This document shows, one piece after another, positions 10,010-16,764 of a stretch of 43,438 nt of DNA. The position numbers and the translations under genes are program-made. The notes under the pieces are model-generated. The model did no database searches. It saw only the letters and a program-made list of their open reading frames with translations, and was not told the DNA's origin. Source of the DNA: Natronohydrobacter sp. (lineage in GTDB: Bacteria > Pseudomonadota > Alphaproteobacteria > Rhodobacterales > Rhodobacteraceae). The DNA lies in contig SKSL01000205.1 of assembly GCA_007123015.1 (NCBI GenBank), forward strand, positions 1 to 43,438. Direction: 5' to 3'. How positions within the stretch are numbered: position 1 is the stretch's first letter; every line of letters begins with the position of its first letter.

Positions 10010-10086
10010 GCCGCCTTAGCTCAGTTGGTTAGAGCGCTGGATTGTGGATCCAGAGGTCCCCCGTTCAAGCCGGGGAGGCGGTACCA
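10010..10086 (+). tRNA. tRNA-His (GUG)
   Basis: Acceptor stem GCCGCCT/AGGCGGT, D arm GCTC..GAGC, anticodon stem CTGGA/TCCAG with loop TTGTGGA, T loop GTTCAAG, encoded CCA. Confidence 0.97.
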
Positions 10087-10173
10087 CCTTTCCTGACAGC
10101 GCCGCACTGACTTGCCATCCTGCGGATGCAAGCGTAACTGATCCGGATTGATGCTTGTGAAAGCCCTGATGCT

Positions 10174-10791
10174 GTGCCTGTCCTGCCACGCCATTCCTTG
10201 CCGCATGCCCCCAACGGAGCGCGGATCGGGTTGTTTGGCGGGTCTTTTGATCCCGCGCATGAAGGCCATGTCCATATCACCCGGATCGCCCTGCGCCGGT
10301 TGCAGCTTGATCAGATCTGGTGGCTGGTCACACCGGGCAACCCGCTCAAAGCCCATGGCCCTGCGCCACTGGCACAGCGGATGCAGCATGCCCGCACGCT
10401 GATCAGGCATCCGCGCGTGAAGGTCACAATGGTCGAGGCCCGGCTTGGCACCCGATACAGTGCCGATACGCTGAAGGCGTTGCAACGGCTTTATGCGCAG
10501 CGGCATTTCGTCTGGATCATGGGCGCGGATAATCTGGCCGGGCTGCATCGCTGGGAAAACTGGCAGGCGATCATGCGGCAGTTTCCGGTCGCTGTGCTGG
10601 CCCGGCCGGGGCAGCAACGGCGCGCGCTGGCCTCGGTCGCCGCGCGTCAGTTCCGCCGCGCGCGCCTGCTCGAGGCGCAGGCGCGTGCGCTGGCATCTGG
10701 CAAGCCGCCTTGCTGGTGTTTCCTGCGGCTGCCGATGCGCGATATCTCATCATCCCGGCTGCGCGCAGAAGGGGTCTGGCCGCAGCTATGA
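10174..10791 (+). CDS. nadD: Nicotinate-nucleotide adenylyltransferase
   Basis: GLFGGSFDPAHEGH (HxGH), WLVTPGNPLK, WIMGADN, ISSS motif; start uncertain. Confidence 0.93.
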   Translation: MPVLPRHSLPHAPNGARIGLFGGSFDPAHEGHVHITRIALRRLQLDQIWWLVTPGNPLKAHGPAPLAQRMQHARTLIRHPRVKVTMVEARLGTRYSADTLKALQRLYAQRHFVWIMGADNLAGLHRWENWQAIMRQFPVAVLARPGQQRRALASVAARQFRRARLLEAQARALASGKPPCWCFLRLPMRDISSSRLRAEGVWPQL

Positions 10792-10950
10792 ACCCGCTGC
10801 TCGGATAGGGACAGGAAACAGTGTGTTTTCAGGCATCCAGGCATCTGAAACACTTGCTCAAAGCGTCGCAAAGAGCGTTAATGGGGTTCAGAGCATATGT
10901 TCGACTTCTGAGGCAATCGTCTTTGCCTGTATGTGACGAATAAGGATGCG

Positions 10951-12432
10951 ATGATGCCTGACTTCGGTCTTCAGCGTCGACGGGTCTTGAACCTGCTTCT
11001 GGGCGGTGCGGCGCTGAGCGCGATGCCTGCTTGCGCTTCGGCGCCCGAACGCTCGCTGCGCCCGGAATTGCGGCGGGCACCACCTGTCGAGGGGATCATT
11101 GCCCGCGCGGGGCTGGGTGGTGATCTGGCCTTTGCGGTCATCGACATGCGTTCGGGCGACCTGCTTGAAGGGCAGGGGGCCAATACGCCGCTGCCGCCTG
11201 CGAGTGTCGCCAAGGCCATGACGGCCCTTTACGCGCTTGAAAGCCTTGGTGCCGCGTACCAGTTCCGCACGCGCCTTGTCGCGACCGGACCTGTCAGCGA
11301 TGGTGTTTTGCGCGGCGATCTGGTGCTGGCCGGCGGTGGTGATCCGACGCTTGAGACAGATGAACTGGCTGCGATGGCAGCAGAGCTGGCGCGCGGTGGG
11401 GTGCGGCAGGTGACGGGCCGGTTTCTGGTCTGGGGCGGCGCGCTGCCTTTTGTGCCCGAGATCGCAGATGACCAGTCGCCGCAGGCCGGATATAATCCCT
11501 CGGTCTCGGGGTTGAACCTGAATTTCAACCGTGTGCATTTTGAATGGCGCCGGGCCGGCACAGACTACATCGTGACCATGGATGGCCGTTCCAACCGGCA
11601 TCGTCCGGCGGTCAGCATGGCGCGGATGCAAGTCGTCAACCGCAGCGCCCCCCTGTACACTTATCAGCGCAGGGCGGATCGGGACGACTGGACTGTGGCG
11701 CGCGCCGCCCTTGGGAATACGGGCTCGCGCTGGTTGCCGGTGCGACATCCGGAACTTTACGCAGGCGAAGTGTTTCGCGCTCTTGCCACTGGACATGGGA
11801 TCACCCTGGGCGCGCCGCAGGTGACGCGCGCGCAGCCGATGGGACAGGATCTGGTCACGCATCGCTCGCCTGTTTTGCAGGACATGTTGCGCGACATTCT
11901 GCAGTTTTCGACCAATATCAGCGCGGAAGCTGTCGGGATGACTGCGACAGGGGCACAGAGCGGGCGGCCGCGGAGTTTGGCGGCTTCCGGTGCGGCGATG
12001 TCAAACTGGGCCCAGACGCGCTATGGCCTGTCAAGCGCGCGGCTGGTGGATCATTCGGGCCTGGGGGCGGCGTCGCGCGTTTCGATGGCGGATCTTGCGC
12101 GAATGTTCCAGCAGGCCGGCAGCATGGGCACATTGCGCGCAATCTTGCGCCTGCACCGGTTTCGCGATGCAAATGGGAATTTCATCGCCAATCCGGGCTT
12201 TGATGTGCGCGCCAAGACTGGCACGCTCTATTTCGTTTCGGCGCTGGGGGGCTATCTGACGGCCCCGGGTGGCCGCGATCTGGCTTTTGCCATCGGCTCG
12301 GCGGATCTGGCGCGGCGCGCCCGCGTGGCAGGCTCTGGTGTGGACCGGCCCGATGGAACAGCGGTCTGGGCGCGCGCAGCGCGGCAGATGCAACAGGATT
12401 TGTTGCAGCGCTGGGCACAGGCCTATGCCTGA
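10951..12432 (+). CDS. dacB: D-alanyl-D-alanine carboxypeptidase/endopeptidase (PBP4, peptidase S13)
   Basis: Twin-Arg-like signal QRRRVL; SxxK (ASVAK), SxN (STN), DHSGL, KTG (AKTGTL), GGGDPTL. Confidence 0.92.
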   Translation: MMPDFGLQRRRVLNLLLGGAALSAMPACASAPERSLRPELRRAPPVEGIIARAGLGGDLAFAVIDMRSGDLLEGQGANTPLPPASVAKAMTALYALESLGAAYQFRTRLVATGPVSDGVLRGDLVLAGGGDPTLETDELAAMAAELARGGVRQVTGRFLVWGGALPFVPEIADDQSPQAGYNPSVSGLNLNFNRVHFEWRRAGTDYIVTMDGRSNRHRPAVSMARMQVVNRSAPLYTYQRRADRDDWTVARAALGNTGSRWLPVRHPELYAGEVFRALATGHGITLGAPQVTRAQPMGQDLVTHRSPVLQDMLRDILQFSTNISAEAVGMTATGAQSGRPRSLAASGAAMSNWAQTRYGLSSARLVDHSGLGAASRVSMADLARMFQQAGSMGTLRAILRLHRFRDANGNFIANPGFDVRAKTGTLYFVSALGGYLTAPGGRDLAFAIGSADLARRARVAGSGVDRPDGTAVWARAARQMQQDLLQRWAQAYA

Positions 12433-12455
12433 GGCGCAGATGGCAGGGGCAGCAA

Positions 12456-12532
12456 AGGGGGCGCTCGCGCCCCCTCACCAGCCCCACAAGGGGGCTGGTT
12501 TCACCCCCGAGGATATTTTTACAAGGATGAAA
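12456..12532 (+). repeat. Extragenic double-hairpin repeat, copy 1
   Basis: AGGGGGCGC-TC-GCGCCCCCT, ACCAGCCCC-ACAAG-GGGGCTGGT, tail CCCCCGAGGATATTTTTACAAGGATGAAA; homologous to 37610-37674 and 27795-27857. Confidence 0.8.
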
Positions 12533-12543
12533 GCAGGACGGGG

Positions 12544-13893
12544 TCAGGGATCCTGCGCAGGAGCGAGGAATTTTTCAAGCCAGTGAATATCGTAATTTGC
12601 GGTGAGTACATCGGGCTCTGCAAGGAGGTCGCGGAAGAGCGGCACCGATGTATCAACGCCGTCGATGATCAATTCGCCAAGCGCGCGGTGCAGGCGGGCG
12701 AGTGCTTCGGGGCGGTCACGGCCATGCACGATCAGCTTGGCAATCAGGCTGTCGTAATAGGGCGGGACCGTGTAGCCGGAATAGAGCGCGCTATCCATGC
12801 GCACACCAAGCCCACCCGGCGCGTGATAGGTGTTGACGCGCCCTGGGCAGGGGGTGAAATTCGGCAGCTTCTCGGCATTGATGCGCACTTCGATGGCGTG
12901 GCCGTTGACCTGCAGGTCCTCTTGCGCGAAAGAGAGGGGCTGCCCGGCGGCGACACGGATTTGCTCGCGCACCAGATCGACCCCGAAGATCGCTTCGGTC
13001 ACCGGATGTTCGACCTGCAGGCGAGTGTTCATCTCGATAAAGTAGAATTCGCCATTCTCATAGAGGAATTCGATCGTGCCCGCACCGCGATACCCAATGC
13101 GGGCGACAGCCTCTGCGCAGGTCTGGCCGATCCGCGCGCGGGTTTCCGCGTCGATCACCGGGCCGGGGGCTTCTTCGAGCACTTTCTGATGGCGGCGCTG
13201 CAGCGAGCAGTCGCGCTCGCCCAAGTGCACAGCATTGCCCTTGCCATCGCCGAAGACCTGAACCTCGATATGGCGCGGCTGGCCCAGATATTTCTCGATA
13301 TAGACTTCATCATTGCCGAAGGCGGCCTTGGCTTCAGACCGGGCAGTGCGGAAAGCGGTTTCCAATTCGGCTTCCGTGCGGGCGAGTTTCATGCCGCGCC
13401 CGCCGCCGCCGGCCGTGGCCTTGATGATCACCGGATAGCCGATCTCGGCCGCGACTGCGCGGGCTGTGTCGAAATGCGCGACACCCCCGCTCGACCCCGG
13501 CACGCAAGGCACGCCGAGCGCCTTCATCGTGTCCTTGGCCGTGATCTTGTCGCCCATCATGCGGATATGTTCGGCAGAGGGGCCGATGAAGGTGATGCCG
13601 TGATCTTCGACCACTTGCACGAATGCGGCGTTTTCCGACAGGAACCCGTAGCCGGGATGGATCGCCTCGGCGCCCGAGATCTCGCAGGCGGAAATGATCG
13701 AGGGCACATGCAGATAGCTGGCATTGGAGGGCGCAGGGCCGATGCAGATCGCTTCATCTGCCATGCGCACATGCATCGCGTCCGAATCAGCGGTGGAATG
13801 GACCGCGACCGAGCCGATGCCCATCTCGCGGCAGGCGCGGATCACGCGCAGGGCGATTTCCCCACGATTGGCAATCAGGATCTTGTTGAACAT
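12544..13893 (-). CDS. accC: Acetyl-CoA carboxylase biotin carboxylase subunit
   Basis: [54 protein letters not shown]. Confidence 0.97.
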   Translation of the reverse strand: MFNKILIANRGEIALRVIRACREMGIGSVAVHSTADSDAMHVRMADEAICIGPAPSNASYLHVPSIISACEISGAEAIHPGYGFLSENAAFVQVVEDHGITFIGPSAEHIRMMGDKITAKDTMKALGVPCVPGSSGGVAHFDTARAVAAEIGYPVIIKATAGGGGRGMKLARTEAELETAFRTARSEAKAAFGNDEVYIEKYLGQPRHIEVQVFGDGKGNAVHLGERDCSLQRRHQKVLEEAPGPVIDAETRARIGQTCAEAVARIGYRGAGTIEFLYENGEFYFIEMNTRLQVEHPVTEAIFGVDLVREQIRVAAGQPLSFAQEDLQVNGHAIEVRINAEKLPNFTPCPGRVNTYHAPGGLGVRMDSALYSGYTVPPYYDSLIAKLIVHGRDRPEALARLHRALGELIIDGVDTSVPLFRDLLAEPDVLTANYDIHWLEKFLAPAQDP

Positions 13894-13905
13894 GCCTGCG
13901 TCGCC

Positions 13906-14403
13906 TTATTCGATGATCATCAGCGGCGCGCCGAATTCGACCGGGCTGCCATCGCCGACCAGAATGCGCTTGATCGTGCCTGCGCGGGGCGCGGGGATAT
14001 GGTTCATGGTTTTCATGGCTTCGATGATCAGCAGTGTATCGCCTTCAGAGACCTGCGCACCGATGCCCACGAAATTCGCGGCTCCTGGTTCGGCCGCCAG
14101 ATAGGCAGTGCCCACCATCGGTGATGTGACAGCGCCGGGATGCTGGGCCGGATCGTCGGGTATTTCCGCAGGCGCAGCCGGGGCAGGGGTGGATGCAGCC
14201 GGCGCTGCCGTGGCGCTCGGTGCTGGTGCTGCAGCCACCTGCTGAAACACGGGCTGCGCGCCTATTTTCGAGACTTTCACATTCAGGCTGTCGTTTTCGC
14301 CATAGTCGCGTTTGACGCTGAGTTCGGCGAGGTCATTCTCATTGAGCAATTCCGCAAGGGCTTTGATAAAGGCGACATCGGCATCGTTGCGGCTTTGCGT
14401 CAT
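13906..14403 (-). CDS. accB: Biotin carboxyl carrier protein
   Basis: Ala/Pro linker, SPMVGTAY, biotinylation motif EAMK; adjacent to accC. Confidence 0.96.
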   Translation of the reverse strand: MTQSRNDADVAFIKALAELLNENDLAELSVKRDYGENDSLNVKVSKIGAQPVFQQVAAAPAPSATAAPAASTPAPAAPAEIPDDPAQHPGAVTSPMVGTAYLAAEPGAANFVGIGAQVSEGDTLLIIEAMKTMNHIPAPRAGTIKRILVGDGSPVEFGAPLMIIE

Positions 14404-14578
14404 TTGGGTCCTCGAAAACAGGGCGCTCTATGGGCGGTCTTGGATATATGGCTTGCGCGACAGCTTCAGAGCCAGAACACCGCGCAGTCTATTTCGCGCG
14501 CTTTATACTGGAGAGCGCGCGCAGAGTGAAGCGACCTTTTCCGGAAAGGCTGCGCAGACAGGATGGCTCAGAAAAGGT

Positions 14579-14594
14579 TTTGCGGATCTGTAAA
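14579..14594. promoter_or_regulatory. Candidate operator of the XRE/ScfR regulator in the accB/regulator divergent region
   Basis: Imperfect palindrome TTTGCGGATCTGTAAA (12/16 symmetric) with TTTGC/GTAAA cores resembling RamB/PccR/PrpR sites. Confidence 0.4.
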
Positions 14595-14627
14595 TTCTGG
14601 TAAACGCTCTGTGAAAAGGAGCGGTAA

Positions 14628-15956
14628 ATGGTGCGATCAGCCCTGACCGGGACGCGTATCCGCGCGCGGCGAAATCTGCGGGGTCTGCGGCAAGCGGAAC
14701 TGGCGCGGGCAGTGGGTGTCTCTGCCTCATATCTCAATCTTATCGAGCACAACCGGCGCAAGGTCGGCACCGATCTGCTGGCGGCCCTGGCCAAGGTGCT
14801 GGGTGTGTCCGTGGATGCCTTGGTCGAAGATGGCGACTCGCGGCTGATCGAATCTGCGCGCGCTGCGGCAGAGCGCACGGGGCTGGACCGGGCCGAACTT
14901 GAGCGGATTGACGAATTCACTGGCCGCTTTCCGGGCTGGGCCAAGGTGCTGGCAGAAACCGAAGGCCGGGTCGCGCGTCTGGAGCGTGTGGTCGAGCATC
15001 TCAATGACCGGATGACACATGACCCCTATATGGGCGAGGCCCTTCACGAGATCATCTCGGCAGTGACTTCGGTCCAGTCGACCGCGACGATCCTGAATGA
15101 CGGGCAGGAAATCGAGCCAGATTGGCAGGCGCGGTTTCATCAGAACATTTTGCAGGATTCGGCGCGGCTGGCCGAAGGGGCTGTCGCTCTGGTCAATTAC
15201 CTTGATGCCGGCAAGAGCGACGAGACAGGTCTCGCGGCCCCACAGGAAGAAGTCGAGGCCTGGCTCGGGCAGCGCGATTTCCACTTGCCGGAATTGGAAG
15301 AGGATACAGAGGGACTGAACCCCGAGAATCTGGTGGCAGGTCAGGTCGAGTTGTCGTCTGAAGCTTCGCGCCAGTTGGCGGTGCAATGGGTGTCTCAGTT
15401 TAAGGCCGATAGCCGCGCCTTGCCGCTTGGCCCGTTGCAAGAAGCACTGGAGCAGATGGGGCTTGCCCCGGACAGACTGGCGGATCATTTCGGGGTGCCG
15501 TTCGATCAGGTGCTGCGGCGCCTTGCGATCCTGCCGCCCCAGCTGCGGGCCGCGCAGGGTCTGCCAAGTCCGGGTCTGGTGATCTGCGACAATTCCGGAA
15601 CGCTTCTGTTCCGACGTGCGATTGATGGGTTTGCGCTGCCGCGGTTCGGCGGGGCCTGCCCGCTCTGGCCGCTCTATCAGGCATTGCTGCGTCCGCATGT
15701 GCGGATATGCGCGGGGTTGACGACCGCCGGGCGGCTGGGGCGGCGTTTCACAGTCTATGCCTATGCCTCTGTTGCGGCAGAGATGGGGATCGGCCGACCT
15801 GTCATTCTTCGGGCGACAATGCTGATCCTGCCTGCCGCCGAGAGCGATGCAGAAGACGCCACGCCGCCGCTTTCTGTCGGGGCCAGTTGTCGGACGTGCC
15901 CGCAATTGGACTGCCCGGCGCGCCGCGAGCCCTCAATCCTGATGACAGTTATTTGA
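14628..15956 (+). CDS. XRE-family HTH regulator with C-terminal short-chain fatty acyl-CoA regulator (ScfR; RamB/PccR/PrpR-like) domain and internal DHp-like segment
   Basis: N-terminal HTH LRQAELARAVGVSASYLNLIEHNRR; C-terminal PRFGGACPLW and GASCRTCPQLDCPARREP; AAGGAG SD. Confidence 0.88.
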   Translation: MVRSALTGTRIRARRNLRGLRQAELARAVGVSASYLNLIEHNRRKVGTDLLAALAKVLGVSVDALVEDGDSRLIESARAAAERTGLDRAELERIDEFTGRFPGWAKVLAETEGRVARLERVVEHLNDRMTHDPYMGEALHEIISAVTSVQSTATILNDGQEIEPDWQARFHQNILQDSARLAEGAVALVNYLDAGKSDETGLAAPQEEVEAWLGQRDFHLPELEEDTEGLNPENLVAGQVELSSEASRQLAVQWVSQFKADSRALPLGPLQEALEQMGLAPDRLADHFGVPFDQVLRRLAILPPQLRAAQGLPSPGLVICDNSGTLLFRRAIDGFALPRFGGACPLWPLYQALLRPHVRICAGLTTAGRLGRRFTVYAYASVAAEMGIGRPVILRATMLILPAAESDAEDATPPLSVGASCRTCPQLDCPARREPSILMTVI

Positions 15957-15965
15957 AAGTCGTTT

Positions 15966-15995
15966 TGACAGGAGGCGGCGAAGCTGTGTAAATAC
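15966..15995 (+). promoter_or_regulatory. Putative sigma70 promoter for the receiver/kinase operon
   Basis: TTGACA at 15966 followed after 17-18 nt by GTAAAT/TAAATA. Confidence 0.5.
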
Positions 15996-16115
15996 CGTGT
16001 GCCGAGCGATGGGAGGAGCCGGGTCGCTCAGCACTTTGACCGGGGTGAGCGCCTGCTGAGGCCAGAATCAGCCATGCGCGCGCCCCGGTCCCCGCAAGGG
16101 AGGAGGAGACGATCG

Positions 16116-16484
16116 ATGGAGAAGCGTGTCCTGGTGATCGAGGATGAACCCAACATCTCGGAAGCCCTGCGTTTCATTCTGAAGCGCGAAGGCTGGCGGG
16201 TTGAGGTTTCGGCCGATGGGACAGCGATGCTGGGGCAGATGCAGGCCGATCCGCCTGATCTGTTGATCCTTGACCTGATGCTGCCAGGGCTGAGCGGATT
16301 CGATATCCTGAAATCGCTGCGGGCGCTTGATATGACGCGCGATCTGCCTGTGCTGATGCTGACCGCCAAGGGGCAGGGTGCGGATCGGGCGGAAGCCGAG
16401 CGGCTGGGCGTCACACGCTTCATGACCAAGCCTTTCGCCAATGCCGACGTCATTGCGGCGGTGCGCGAAATGACCGCACCATGA
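16116..16484 (+). CDS. Single-domain response regulator (REC only)
   Basis: 122 aa from ATG after GGGAGGAGGAG; acidic pair E9-D10, phosphoacceptor D53, T83, K105-P; no output domain. Confidence 0.92.
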   Translation: MEKRVLVIEDEPNISEALRFILKREGWRVEVSADGTAMLGQMQADPPDLLILDLMLPGLSGFDILKSLRALDMTRDLPVLMLTAKGQGADRAEAERLGVTRFMTKPFANADVIAAVREMTAP

Positions 16485-16759
16485 GCACGTCGACGCCGCC
16501 GGAATTCCTGGCCCGCGGCAGCTACCGCATCCGCCGCCTGATGGATGCCGCGCGTCTGTTGCCGGTCTTTTGCTTCGTGCTGTTGATTTTGCCGCTTATG
16601 CGCGCCAGCCCCGAGACCGACGCCCCGCCGACGGCAAGCGAAAGCGTCTACTTGTTTCTTGTCTGGTTCGGGTCGATCCTTGCGGTGTTCCTGATCTCGC
16701 GCGGGCTGCGCCCTGCGCTTGAAAAACGCAAGGACGATCTGGCCAAATCAGAGGACTGA
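16481..16759 (+). CDS. Small two-TM membrane protein
   Basis: ATGA overlap with receiver gene; RRLMDAARLLP followed by two hydrophobic helices; ends 5 nt before the kinase ATG. Confidence 0.78.
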   Translation: MSTSTPPEFLARGSYRIRRLMDAARLLPVFCFVLLILPLMRASPETDAPPTASESVYLFLVWFGSILAVFLISRGLRPALEKRKDDLAKSED

Positions 16760-16764
16760 ACGCG

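Noticed and set aside
10010-10173. tRNA-His or tRNA-Leu as the boundary of an integrated element
   Set aside because: No integrase, no duplicated tRNA 3' end found in the window, housekeeping-type genes on both sides
10886-10902. GTTC-N9-GTTC before dacB as an alphaproteobacterial LexA box
   Set aside because: Consensus spacing is N7; no box seen before recN either
12583-14124. 513-aa plus-strand ORF opposite accC/accB
   Set aside because: Antisense shadow of highly conserved genes, common in GC-rich DNA; no recognisable motifs
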